Shown in pieces: positions 1 through 12,831 of a stretch of 64,000 nucleotides of DNA. The notes below the pieces were generated by a model. It searched no databases. It was not told the DNA's origin and saw only the letters and a program-made list of their open reading frames with translations. How positions within the stretch are numbered: the stretch's first letter is position 1; each line of letters starts with the position of its first letter. The stretch is from Veleropilina oligotropha (lineage: Eukaryota): NCBI GenBank assembly GCA_048128005.1, contig JBEUKZ010000093.1, positions 434,001-498,000 of the forward strand, written 5' to 3'. The translations under genes were made by a program, and so were the position numbers.

Positions 1-3000
1 CCGCTGTCGGCCCCTACTCTCTTCGGAGACAAATTCGCCGAATTTGTCGAGAAGAGAGCGACCGACCTCAAGGATCGCGCTGTTGAGAAGGCAGTCTTGG
101 ATACTCCTCGTAGTACGTCGGCTGCTGCCTCAAGGAAGCGCTCGGGACCGTCCCGGTCCCATAAGCCTTCCAAGCGTGCCAAACCTTCGCATAGTGGGCC
201 TTCTCAGGCCAATAAATCTACTGCGAAAACGGCACCTCCGACCAAATCCCGTCAGAGCGGGAGAGGGAAGCCGCGGTCTAGGGTTGCCGACGCTCGCGAC
301 GAGCCCAGTTGCACGCTTCCGCTGGTGGGAGCGTGTCTGTTAGAGTACAGCCTGTCCTGGCTAGAAATGACAGAGGACAACTGGGTTCACTCAGTCGTGA
401 GTGCCGGATACAAGTTGGCATTCGACCGGCATCCAACCCTAGACGCGACACCACCACCAGGACGCGCTCGTCTCCTCATAAGAGAAAAACAAGCCGTCCT
501 CGACCAGGCAGTGCGGGACTTACTCTCAAAAAGAGCGATTTATCCCGCGCCGCCCAGCACACCAGGATATTACAGCCACTTTTTCCTGGTCCCGAAACCC
601 GATGGCCGTTGGCGACCGATCCTCGATCTGTCGTTCCTCAACCAGTATCTTCGTACCGAGAAGTTCAAGCAAGAAACACTCTTGAAGATACGTACGGCCA
701 TCTGTCCGGGCGACTGGGCAGCGTCTATCGACTTGACCGATGCGTACCTACACGTTCCGATGCACGTCTCGGCTCACCGGTACCTACGGTTTGTCCACGG
801 GGGAACGGTCTACCAATTCAGGTGTCTACCGTTCGGTCTATCGTCAGCCCCGTACGTCTTCACGCGGGTAGTACAGGCTCTCGGGGCCTTCCTACACTCG
901 CAAGGGCACAGGGTACCTCGACGACTGGTTGATTCTCGGGGTGTCCCGGGATCAGTGCCTCCAGTCTATGAGCGTTACCCTGTCATCGGCGAAGCGCCTA
1001 GGATTACAGATCAACAACGACAAATCCTGCTTCGTGCCCTCGACGACGTTTACATTTCTAGGGGTCGAATTCGACACGGTCCGGTACACCGCGAAACCGA
1101 CTCAGAAACGTATAGAGAACCTACGCGCAGTTATACTGGAAACAAAGTCTTCACGGATAACTACAGCGCGACGACTGGCCACTGTCCTAGGGCACATCGA
1201 GTCAGTAGCTCCCCTGTTACCGACGGGTCGCATGGACAAACGACCGTTGCAGCAGGCCTTCAAGGACCGCTGGATACAACGTACGGGACAGTGGACGGAT
1301 CGCGTCGATCTACGGCATTGGTTCATTCGCACGACAGCAGTGTGGCTGAACACTACCCTGCCGAGCCAGTCGGTTCCGATATCCCCCCCAGAACCGAACG
1401 CCTACCTCTTCACGGACGCGTCAAACGAGGGCTGGGGAGGGCACCTCGACAGTCACGAGACATCGGGCCTATGGCCTACGGACCTTCAGGGACGACACAT
1501 CAACTTCCTAGAGTTAGAAGCCGTCTACCTGTCAGTACAGTCCCTCTCGTCACATCTCCGCAACAAGCACATAATGCTAGCAACGGACAACACGACTGTC
1601 GTCGCTTACATTCAGCACCAGGGCGGCACCCGCTCCCGTCCGCTTTGCGACCGAGCGATCGACCTACACCGCCTAGTGATGTCACTCAACTCGACAATTC
1701 GAGCCCGACACATCCCGGGGAAGCTGAATGTCAGAGCGGATACGCTCTCTCGGAAAACACAGATTATACACACAGAGTGGACACTACACGCCCGTGTAGC
1801 CCGAGATGTCTGTCGCCTGTGGTCGCAGCCTCTAGTCGATCTATTCGCAACCGAATACAATCACCGACTCCCTCTCTATGTGTCTCCTTACCCGGACCCG
1901 GCCGCTATAGCGGTCGACGCTCTGTCTATGAGATGGGAGAATCTGATCGCCTACGCCTTTCCGCCGTCGTGCATGTTGCCGCAAGTACTACGGAAAGCGA
2001 CCCGCGAAGACTGCGAGTTGACGCTAATAGCACCACTACAACGCACGCAGTCCTGGTTTCCGACACTTCTGGATCTACTCATCGATCAGCCACGTGCGCT
2101 ACCGCAGATGACAGACCTGTTATCGCAGCCGCGCAGTCGGGTTCTACACCCGTCGGCGAACGAGTTTCACTTTCACGCCTGGCGACTATCGAGAGATCGC
2201 TCATTAAGAAAGGCTTTTCTAGAGCGACAGCCCAGCGCATCTACCGATCTAGAAGGCAATCTACAACAAGGGTATATGACTACCGATGGAAGAAATTTGT
2301 GGATTGGTGTCGCGGGCGGCAAGTCAATATATTCCGCCCCCCTGTGACAAAATTTATCGAGTTTTTGTCGTCGTTGCTCGAACGTGGAATGTCCATTTCC
2401 GCTGTCAAAGGCTACCGCTCATGCGTAGGAACGACGTTACGACAATGCCGCGAGCACACCCGCTTGTCTACGACAAGACAATATCGGATTTTATACGCTC
2501 CTACCAAACTCGAACGACCCATTCTGCAGGTGCGGCCGCCTGCGTGGCGTGTCTTGTTGATTCTCAATGCTTACTTAGATGTCCGTTCGACCCTATGAGT
2601 GAATGCTTCCTCAAAAATCTCACTTATCAGACCGTTCTACTTACCGCTCTCGCGACTGTTAACCGGACATCGGAGATACACGCATTATCCGCGAGCTGCG
2701 GGATATACACTTCCACACCAATGGGTCGGTGACGCTGCAACGACCGGCTGAACTACCCCGTTCGTGCGCTGAGACTCTATCTGGACCGGACCCGCGACCT
2801 ACGGCAGGGTAAAAGCGTTTATTCATAAGCCATATGTCCCAATTCAACCACGACATTTCGCAAGTCGACTGTATCACGTTGGATAGTCTCTGTTGTAAAG
2901 GAAATTTACATGCGGTCCGCTGTGCCAGATCGAGATCTCGTTTCAATTCCCGCGCATGCAACACGGGCTTTAAGCGACCTCACTGGCCTTCAAGTTTAAT

Positions 3001-3162
3001 TTAAATATCAATGCAGTCTTGAAGGCCGGTTATTGGAAGAGTGCTAATACCTTTGTTCGCTTTTACCTGCGTGATTACGCACCCACGGCTCGAGCGAACA
3101 TAGCATTTCGTTGTCGCTGCAATTCAGCTTTGTATTACAGGATCTAGGTCATCCTATCAGTG
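1..3162 (+). pseudogene. Copy A gag/pol/YR, frameshifted
   Basis: A 1-nt deletion at the gag stop fuses gag to RT. An 8-nt deletion at ~913 (GTAC microhomology) shifts the frame just before YLDD. The YR region has many indels after ~2460. Confidence 0.9.
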
Positions 3163-4358
3163 ATTGGTAAAACTTTACAAAGGATTATTACCAAGGATCT
3201 GAGGTAATGTAATGTATTTCTATTCGTGTACATTGTAACACACTTAGAATTTTACTTCAATGTTATTTCTTTCTTAAATCATTAAGAAATTGAAATTACC
3301 TAGTCATATCTGAGTTAATATGACATTAATGCTCACATTGGATGCAAACATTTCATTACGAAATCTTTAAAATGTTTTTTGTAAATAATATTATTTTTAT
3401 TATGTTCTACTTGCTGTCACAGAACATTTCAATGTCTTACATTGAAAAATTTTAATATTATTCCATACTTAAAATTATTTAAGTAACATGTTCTCATGTT
3501 GACATTTTGCAAGATAGACGTGCAAAATTTTTTATTAATTCCAGATGAAGATAATTGATTCTTCAATCTATTAATAATTGTCAGGGTTTTTATTATAGCA
3601 CAGTAAACCTGCTAGGTTCGGGTGCCTCTAAAAACCTCGTCTGCAGTTTTCTGTCTGCCGACCTTTGAGTCCGGAATATTCAGTTCACTGCTTTTGCCCA
3701 TGACACGAGTGCCTTCAAGGTATACCTTTCGCACGGTGTCTGGAGCTACATGCACTTTCATGTTACCCGTCCGACTTACATCCCTGGCGTGTTTTCCCAG
3801 ATTTCTTGGTCGAAATCTCACCTCGGGGTAAGAGTAGATTAGATGCTCAGTAAATCTACTCTGAACGGACTCGATCTCAACGCTATAGCGTCGTCTTCCG
3901 GTAACAAGTAAGTTTTAATTTTGGTATATGGAACTTATAACTCCGCCAACCAAAGTTATTCTTGGCATTAGTAAGGACGTAAGTATATTTGATATAGATA
4001 GGAGGATTAAGAGTAATCCCCTTGTATCTATAATAATATACTTACGTCCTTACCCTCTTGGCCCACCCTGCTTCGCACCTCCCCTCTTATATAAGTTCTT
4101 TGCCTTGTTGTTTGCTAAAACTTCGGATGAGATCATGACCTTTTGGTCACGGGGATCTCGCGGGAGTTGGCGAGCTCTTTATAGGCATGAACTGGAGGAG
4201 GTCGAGCAGGTCAGTGGGTCAACTGGGTTAAATTTACTAAAAAGTGCGAAATTGCCATTTCCACCTTGTCCGGATTTAGCGATAATAGGCTTATTATGGC
4301 ATTAGTAAGGACGTAAGTATATTATTATAGATACAAGGGGATTACTCTTAATCCTCCT
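1..4358 (+). mobile_element. DIRS1-like YR retrotransposon copy A (5' part outside window; degenerate)
   Basis: Contains the gag C-terminus, RT, RNase H (FTDAS..GWG), a Dam-like MTase (DLFA..AFPP) and YR remnants. ICR at 3963-4053, right ITR at ~4117-4324, plus terminal extension. Close relative of copy B. Confidence 0.95.
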
Positions 4359-4560
4359 TTCTGTTACGTCATCCTTTGTTGTCCGCAGTGGCTTATTTTT
4401 CCTATTCAATTTGGAAACAATGCAAGGCCGGCTGTTGATTAGTTAAGAGTCATTCAACTATTCAACGGTTAGGAGGCTTCACCATTCATCTAGTCAACAG
4501 AAGATTTGTTGAATAGAACATCTTGATGACCCGTACGGTTCGCACATTCATGAAATGTTT

Positions 4561-4686
4561 TAAGTGAGATAAACTACTCGATACCGTTGAATAGTTCAGA
4601 GAAGAAACTCCCGTCTCGGGCCTCTGGCCCTCGACAAGGAGTTTATTATCTTAACTATTCAATGGTATCGAGTAGTTTATCCCTTA
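4561..4686. repeat. Short palindromic element (MITE-like)
   Basis: gataaactactcgataccgttgaatagtt ... aactattcaatggtatcgagtagtttatc form a near-perfect inverted repeat, with further internal pairing. Confidence 0.6.
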
Positions 4687-5151
4687 CGCATTGAAGTATT
4701 CTTGTGGATTATGTCCAATCAGTTTCACCAATCAGCCAAGAATTTTTTTTTAACAAGAAAATCTGTTCTCAAATCTTTTAATACAACATCGTAATTAAGT
4801 ATTCATTTTCATAGCTAATTGTCACTCGATTAATATTTAAATAAGCACTTAACTAATCTAAGGATGTTTCCATTATGTTTCAGGTGTCTCAAATACTGAT
4901 TGCAGCGGCAAACAGCCGAGTTGATCTCCTAGCACGAACCAAGGTTGATTTAATCAGTTACGTTACTGCTAAAAATGGTGAAGGAACCCAGCACAAAAGA
5001 CAAGATATTTCAGTGGTAGTGGAGTGTGCAGGATATATTAAGTTATTATTGCACATGTGAGAATGGTTTTCTTTGTGACAGACTGTTCAGTTGATCATTT
5101 GAGATAAACTCAAGTTCTGCTGATTGTTAACAGTTTAATTTTATCATCCAA

Positions 5152-5325
5152 CGCAAGGGACTCGCACACGCAAGGGACTCGCACACGCAAGTGACTCGCA
5201 CACGCAAGGGACTCGCACACGCAAGGGACTCGCACACACAAGGGACTCGCACACGCAAGGGACTCTCACACGCAAGGGACTCGCACACGCAAGGGACTCG
5301 CACACGCAAGGGACTCGCACACGCA
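5152..5325. repeat. 17-bp minisatellite (cgcaagggactcgcaca) x ~10
   Basis: Direct tandem array immediately before the zinc-finger ATG. Confidence 0.95.
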
Positions 5326-6975
5326 ATGGAAGCATCATCTATGAAGTGTGTGTCACAAGAAGTTGTCAATGTCCCGGTATCCCCAGTCAAGCTGATTGTT
5401 AACAATTCAATTTTATCATACAACATTCCAAAGGGGCTTACACAGAGGATGGAAACCTCATCTATGAAGTGTGTGTCACAAGAAGTTGTCAATGTCCCGG
5501 TATCCCCAATCAATACTCAAGGGAGTCTATACTCATTTACTGTAGATGATGTGGCATTTAATGCTACTAGTAATCTTCGTCAACATTCTTTATCGCCTGC
5601 AAATAAAGTAAAAACTCATCATTGCAGTGCCTGTGAAAAGTTATTTAGCGAATCAAGCCAACTGAAAATCCATATGACAATCCACACAAATCAAAAACCT
5701 CATCAATGCAGTATTTGCTTTAAATCTTTTGCTGTTTTATCTAGACTCAAAGTGCATATGCGGATTCACATGGGCCAGAAACCATATCAATGCACTGTTT
5801 GTGGCAAGTGTTTTTCACATTCAGGCCACCTCAAGCAGCACATGCTAACCCATACAGGACGGAAACGTCACCAATGTTCAGTGTGCCAAAAGTCGTATTC
5901 AAGTTCTCAAAATCTCCAGCAACATGCGGCAATCCACACAGGAGACTACCCATATCAGTGTAGTTTTTGCGGCAGGCAATTTGTTTATTATGGTACCCTT
6001 CGTCAACATACTGTAATCCATACAGGAGAAAAAGCTTTTCAATGCAGTATCTGTGACAAGTCATTTTATCAAGCAGGCCACCTCAACCAGCATATGCTAA
6101 GTCACACGGGAGAAAAACCCCATCAATGCCATCTGTGTGACAAGTCATATTCAAAATCAAGCTGTCTTAAGGTACATATGGTCACCCACACAGGCGAGAA
6201 ACCTTATAAATGTTCTGTGTGTGACGAGTCATTTTCAAGTTCTCGGTATCTCCGTCAGCATGCCTCCATCCATACTGGGAACTACCAGTACCAATGTACT
6301 TTATGCGACAGATCATTTACGGATAATAGTACACTTCGTACACATACTTTATCTCATACTGGAGAAAAACCATTTCAGTGCAGTGTCTGTTCGAAGTCTT
6401 TTAGCCAATCAGGCTGCCTCAACCAGCATATGCTAATCCATACAGGCGAGAAACCTTATCAATGCCATCTGTGTGGTAAGTCATTTTCAATTTCAAACAT
6501 TCTCAAGAGACATCTGCTCACCCACACAGGGGAAAAGCCTTATCGATGCGCTGTGTGCGACAAGTCATTTTCACAATCTCCTGGTCTCCGTCGACATTTT
6601 GCAATCCATACTGGAGACTACCGGTACCCATGTACTTTATGCGACAGATCATTTACGGATAATAGTGCGCTTCGTCAACATACTTTATCCCATACTGGAG
6701 AAAGACCATTTCAGTGCAGTCTCTGCGACAAGTCTTTTACCAAGTCGAGCACTCTAAAAGAACATACGCGAATCCACATGGGTGAAAAACCTTATAAATG
6801 CACTCTGTGTGGCAAGTCATATACACAATCAGGCACTCTTAACCAACATATGCTGCGGTTACACACAGAACACAAACCTTATCATTGCAGTATTTGTGAT
6901 GCATCATTTTTGCGGAAAGGAAATCTCGAGCAGCATTTGATAACCCATATCCCATCAATGGACTCTGTGCAATAA
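5326..6975 (+). CDS. Tandem C2H2 zinc-finger protein, 16 fingers
   Basis: Open frame with 16 CxxC-x12-HxxxH motifs and TGEKP-type linkers. First ATG at 5326; upstream exons are possible. Confidence 0.9.
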   Translation: MEASSMKCVSQEVVNVPVSPVKLIVNNSILSYNIPKGLTQRMETSSMKCVSQEVVNVPVSPINTQGSLYSFTVDDVAFNATSNLRQHSLSPANKVKTHHCSACEKLFSESSQLKIHMTIHTNQKPHQCSICFKSFAVLSRLKVHMRIHMGQKPYQCTVCGKCFSHSGHLKQHMLTHTGRKRHQCSVCQKSYSSSQNLQQHAAIHTGDYPYQCSFCGRQFVYYGTLRQHTVIHTGEKAFQCSICDKSFYQAGHLNQHMLSHTGEKPHQCHLCDKSYSKSSCLKVHMVTHTGEKPYKCSVCDESFSSSRYLRQHASIHTGNYQYQCTLCDRSFTDNSTLRTHTLSHTGEKPFQCSVCSKSFSQSGCLNQHMLIHTGEKPYQCHLCGKSFSISNILKRHLLTHTGEKPYRCAVCDKSFSQSPGLRRHFAIHTGDYRYPCTLCDRSFTDNSALRQHTLSHTGERPFQCSLCDKSFTKSSTLKEHTRIHMGEKPYKCTLCGKSYTQSGTLNQHMLRLHTEHKPYHCSICDASFLRKGNLEQHLITHIPSMDSVQ

Positions 6976-7359
6976 TCTGTTATCACAATTGAGCACTTTC
7001 AAGATTAAGGATCATATGGTAACCTAAACCTGAACAGGACAGAAACAGCACTGTGTGTCAAGACCTACTCCAGTGAATACGTGTCATACTGACTTTTCAC
7101 CCGGGTTAATCATATTGAAATTCTATGAAATGTTCACCCCATCATGAATATTAAATTATACACTCCAATAAAAATATCCCTTTTTCCCTTTACTATTGTC
7201 ATTTTTAATTACATTTATTAGTTATTCATGATAGAGACCGCCCCCGTTAGTTGTTTGGTATCAAATGACGACTCTCAAATCACTGGCTCGTTTGTGCTAA
7301 CTAACAGGAATCGGTTCGGATTTGTTGGATCATGACATTTTATTTTCAGTTATCAATTG

Positions 7360-7898
7360 CAGTTGTCCATAGCTGGTCGGATAGGGTGAGCTTCCCCGAG
7401 CGATCAGGCAGTTGTCCACAGCTGGCCGGATAGGGTGAGCTTCCCCGAGCGATCAGGCAGTTGTCCATAGCTGGTCGGATAGGGTGAGCGTCCCCGAGCG
7501 ATCAGGCAGTTGTCCATAGCTGGTCGGATAGGGTGAGCGTCCCCGAGCGATCAGGCAGTTGTCCATAGCCGGTCGGATAGGGTGAGCGTCCCCGAGCGAT
7601 CAGGCAGTTGTCCATAGCTGGTCGGATAGGGTGAGCGTCCCCGAGCGATCAGGCAGTTGTCCATAGCTGGCCGGATAGGGTGAGCTTCCCCGGGCGATCA
7701 GGCAGTTGTCCACAGCTGGTCGGATAGGGTGAGCGTCCCCGAGCGATCAGGCAGTTGTCCATAGCTGGTCGGATAGGGTGAGCGTCCCCGAGCGATCAGG
7801 CAGTTGTCCATAGCTGGTCGGATAGGGTGAGCGTCCCCGAGCGATCAGGCAGTTGTCCACAGCTGGCCGGATAGGGTGAGCTTCCCCGAGCGATCAGG
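7360..7898. repeat. 49-bp minisatellite x 11, derived from a SINE body
   Basis: Unit cagttgtccatagctggtcggatagggtgagc(g/t)tccccgagcgatcagg resembles the middle of the SINE at 57927-58185. Confidence 0.9.
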
Positions 7899-7944
7899 CT
7901 TTCCTGTCGCAATAATATATAATAGTATTTATTCTCTTCCGAAG

Positions 7945-8205
7945 GTGGCCGATCCGACGGTCATGTGGTTTCGGTTGCAGACTCTGAAATCTGATTCCGC
8001 TGACACGAACAGTAGTGGGTTCGAATCTCGGTTGGGACATGACATTATTTGTTCACTTATGAATCAGAGTTCTCGGTAAATGGTCGGAGCGGGCTGGTTT
8101 CCCGGGCGACGTGGCTTTCCTCCTGCAATAATATGGACCTGCTTTGAACCTGGTGTTTGTAAATATACAGGACATTAAGCATCGCTCATTTCCTTTTCCT
8201 TTCCT
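7945..8205 (+). mobile_element. tRNA-derived SINE family 1, diverged copy
   Basis: Similar to 57927-58185 (gattccgct..cagtagtgggttcgaatc; gtaaatatacaggacattaagcatc tail). Confidence 0.75.
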
Positions 8206-8334
8206 CATCTTAAGACTGACTGGGGTTATCATTATCACCCGAGATATTGTATGTTAAGTCATATTGCCCTACCCTGTACAATGCAGCAAGATTGTTATCG
8301 TCCCTGCCATCTTTCATTCTCTCTCTCTGCAACC

Positions 8335-8505
8335 GCTGGTTCTGCCATGAGATAGATCACCACATCACGTTCGTGATGCTGGTTCTGCCGTGAGATAGAT
8401 CGCCACATCACGTTCGTGATGCTGGTTCTGCCATGAGATAGATCACCACATCACGTTTGTGATGCCGGTTCTGCCATGAGATAGATTACCACATCACGTT
8501 CGTGA
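8335..8505. repeat. 43-bp tandem repeat x 4
   Basis: Unit gctggttctgccatgagatagatcaccacatcacgttcgtgat. Confidence 0.9.
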
Positions 8506-10611
8506 CACGACATTTTTTATTAGGCATTTTTAAATTTTAATTATTGGTAACCCATATGGCTACCATAAAATGCACTCCAAACATCCAGTTTATTGGAAAT
8601 TAAGTGATGTCTCGGAGCAAATAACCCCACATGCATATATTTAGAATGTCATTCGAAACAAGATGGACGCGATTACGGGTGAAGAAAGACCATTTTAAAA
8701 TGATCTGCTATGATCCACTGCTTAGTAAAATGTAATATTTAATTTGACCGAATGTGAATATTAAATATCGGTTGCAGAGACGATTGTAGGGTAGTACAAT
8801 GACGTCATGCAATGAGATTGACATCGTGGACTGATCGTTTTTCCAGACTGTATCTTGGTTACTATACTGTATGTCACTTAGTATGTTAATTATGTTCCAT
8901 TGTCGTAACCTTGCATCTAGTGGAAATTTTCCATTAACGACAGTTATTTTAATGTAGAGACTCTACCCAAATCCAGAGCGGAGCTTTGTCTGGACCTTAA
9001 TATTCCAGTACTGGAGAGGAAGAAGATGGAGCAGTAGCTGCCACAAATCATATTCAAAAATTTCCGAGCATACATTGCACTACTCTGACAGAGCCACCAT
9101 CAATGCACAGTGTGTGTGCTAATCATTGTCCACAGCAGGCACGTTAAAGCCATGGGATCATATTCTATGAATCAAAATAGTATGACAACAAATATGGATA
9201 TAAAGCACAATTAATTGTTACAATGTTAACAGTTTACATAAGCAAACTGAAATATTGGGAGAGGGCAACCAATTATTGACGTCAGAATTTTATTTAATTT
9301 AAAGGTCGCACTGGTAGGCCAGCGAATATTCAAATCATTGACTAGGCACGGTGATCAGTTAACAGTCCAGTTGTCCATAATCGATCTTTGAAGGCAGGTC
9401 TTCATTAATGGTCTTTAAATCATCTTACGGTAATTTGGACTTGTATTTTGTTATCTTTGGCGATTTATAGTACCGGGCTCGGTCATAAGATCCAACTTTT
9501 AATCCTACGAGATGCATGCTAGATTTGGAGGAGCAGGTTTGCATCTGTAGCAGGAAGATGATGATGATGATGATGATGAATTGATGTTTAATGACAGTAT
9601 CTATAGCAAATATACTTACGTCCTTACTAATGCCATAATAAGCCTATTATCGCTAAATCCGGACAAGGTGGAAATGGTAATTTCGCACTTTTTAGTAAAT
9701 TGAACCCACCTGACCCCCTGACCTGCTCGACCTCCTCCAGTTCATGTCTATTAAGAGCTCGCCAACTCCCGCGAGATCCTCGTGACCCAAGGGTCAAGAC
9801 CTCATCCGAAGTTTTCCGCTCGATTGAACAAGTCGCGTTTTTACTCTGCTCCACAATCTTTGTGATTTTCGATCTTTTTCGAGCCCGATTTTAAAAATCT
9901 TAAAGCTCATAAGATCATATATAGTGTTGTAAACACGTTTAGTGGAAAGACTGAGAGTCTCCTCCTGAATTAAAGCCTTCTTAGCAGTTTTTCCTGTCAA
10001 CAAAAGACAGAAAACGAAATCGACACCCTCCATTGACGACGCCATCTTCGACTTCTGATCAGAAAGAAAAGAGGACGCTCAGAGGGATATTTAAAGAAGG
10101 AAGCTCTTTAGCAATTACTGAGGAGTCAGGAGAGAGTTGTTTTATTGATATTGCTTGAATTTGCATTGCATTTCATTTATATATACGATAATTCCTCAAC
10201 GACTTTTTTCTTGCTATAAATTTATGTAATCAAATTTATCGTCGTTGAACAGCAGATTGTTTAGAATTTAACTAGCGTTATTTTGGTAAATCTGCTAAAT
10301 CGGGGATAGCACGCCGAATTCTAACAAATTGATATATATACATCCAAGAGGTTTTTAGGTGTAAAAGGGCGGTTTCTTGAAAAGAAAGACCTCCCGTTTC
10401 TCAATTCGTTGACCGACTGGTTTTTAAAAAGTAAAAATATAAAGTCGGTGTTTTGGGGCGTATAATCCGCCGTAAGTTCTAAGCGTATTTCAGCCTTTTC
10501 CAACTCTCGGATCAGGTACAATCGAGGTTGTAGTAGTAATTTGGTAAACTACCCGGGAAATATCCTTATCACTTCAAAAACCCTATCTCCTACCTACCCG
10601 TGTGCGTAGCT

Positions 10612-12831
10612 ATGAAGCATTGCAGTGTTTCCGAGTGCAGACAGAAAATCCGTGGTTTTGACAAGCACTCCGAATGCACTTTTCACCGTGTATGTTCTAG
10701 CGATAAGGACCATCCATGTGGGCATTGCGTAACACTGACGGATCGGCAGTGGGAGACTCTTTTCCCTTCGGAGAAGACAACCAGGGTATCTTCTTCCGAG
10801 GGGGCATCCACCGAGAAGCTCCAGAGGCTAGAGACAGGTTTTAACCCTTCACTTTCTCTTTCAGACCCTCTTGACGGTAGCCGTGGTGGGCTCGACGACA
10901 CCTCCGAGACTTTGGGGAAAGTCCCGGAATCGTCGGGATCTCAGATTCAGGTAAGGGCCCGAGTGCCGACCGATACCTCTCCTTTGGGCCTAGTAACCGC
11001 TGCTCAAAGTATCTTGCCGGCCAGTAAGATACGTCGAGCGCTGCGGCGAAAAGCTGTACAGGGCAGACAAAACCTTTCCTCTCCTCCGGCCTCGGAGGAG
11101 CAAGGCAGCGTTAGTCCTTCTGTGAGTCAAGTAACCTCTGAAAAGAGGCGAAGGAGACTAGCAGAGAAAGTCGATACAGTTGCTGGGCACCACGAAAGTG
11201 GTCGAAGTTCCAGACGCTCGACGCAACCCGTCCTCTCGTCCGACAACGGCGCTAGCTTAAAGGCTAATCCCGCCACCGTCGGAGCCCACGAGAGTGATGG
11301 AAGGCCAACCTCCTCTGACGATTCTTATCAAGACGTCCCGGGTGGTGTGGTAGGACCGGCTGCGTTCGGGGCTGAGGCGTACGGCGGGTATACCCCCGTG
11401 CCTCACCCGAGCAGGGTTACAGACCCGTATGGACTGTGGTCGCAGTCTTACGGGTCGTTCGCACCGTTTAACGCGCCTCCGGGCCGTTTCCCTGGCTGCG
11501 GTTTCCCGACAGGTAACCCGAGTCCCTGGTACTCGGCTCCACCTGTCCGTGCAGCCCGTCAACCATGCGCTACGGTAACCTCGAGCGGACCAATGGCTGT
11601 TGGTCCGACGTCCGTCATGCCTCCGGGTTTCTCTGTGGAGAACGTCCAGGCTATGATTGCGATGGAAGTCGAGGCACGTTGTAGGTCCTGGCAACCGGCT
11701 ACCCAGCCGCCCCAGGTCCCAACGTCTCTGACCGTAACGCCGGGCTCGGCTTATGCTTCGGTGATGGAAGTCGATCCTCGTTCCGACGAGAACAGTGCTT
11801 CTACTCACTCTGACCTCCCTGAATCGGTCGGACCAGACGACTCTTGTAGTCAGTCTGGCACGCATGAGACCATCTCCGCCACCCGCAGAAGATACGACGC
11901 TGTCGCGTCGCTTCGCGGGGTGCTAGACTTGCCAGACCCGGCTCTGCCGGTAGGCTTCGTCAGGCACAGGACAGCGGCACGTCGGTTTGATGGGCCGGAA
12001 GCCCCCCTGCTTCCTACCCTACCCTAGTCTGGGTTGGTCTCGCTCGTCCTCGACTCGGCGACCAAATCCATTCAGGGATCCAAATCGGTGGAGACTTCCT
12101 CGTTAACGGAGTACCCTAGTGGTCTACGTAAAGGAAAGTACCTCCGACCCAGTAGGCGTCCGATTTCGATCGGATGCTCTGGGGCGTGTCTGGAGACTGA
12201 GCCGATTCAGATCGATGCAGCGATGCGTCGACTGTCGGCCAGCACAGCTCCCTCAGTGGTCAAAGTTCCATGGGTCGCCATGGAGGGCTTTGAGAGCTCC
12301 GCCCGTCGAGCTCTACGGCATGCCTCTATCCAGGATTTTTTCCTAGACGGAGCCATTACCGTACTACAAGAGAACGGACCCCGCGCTCGTGAGATCGCAC
12401 TGTCCTTTCTCGAAGAGGTTGCCGCCTCCACGGAGAACTCCGCGTCGGAGTCAGCCCGATCCTTAGGCAACGCTGTCCTACTTCGTAGAGACGCTTGCCT
12501 AGACGGCACCACGTTAGACGACGCCACCCGGCAGTCTCTACGTTGTGTACCGTTGTCGGCCTCTACTCTCTTCGGAGACAAATTCCCCGAATTTGTCAAG
12601 AAGCGAGCGGCTGACCTCAAGGATCGCGCGATCGAGAAGGCAGTCTTGGCTACTCCTCGGAGTACGCCGGCTGCTACCTCTAGGAAGCGCTCGAGACCGT
12701 CCCGGTCTCATACGCCTTCCAAGCGTGCTAAACCTTCGCCGGGTCGGCCTTCTCAGGCCAAGAAACCTGTCGCGAAGCGAGCACCTCCGACGAAATCCCG
12801 TCAGAGCGGGAGAGGGAAGCCGCGGCCCTAG
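10612..12831 (+). pseudogene. Copy B ORF1 (gag-like), one premature TAG at 12025
   Basis: N-terminal Cys/His cluster and C-terminal LRRDA..LR..PL...LFG block. Copies C and D have CAG (LPQS) at the stop position. Confidence 0.88.

Noticed and set aside
97..2598. 833-aa ORF as a novel gag-RT-YR fusion protein
   Set aside because: It results from a 1-nt and an 8-nt deletion relative to copy B; it lacks YLDD and the YR catalytic residues.
9627..9894. Repeated short ORFs ending LPFPPCPDLAIIGLLWH (also at 3928 and 16729)
   Set aside because: They are translations of the ITR and are not conserved in the C/D ITRs.
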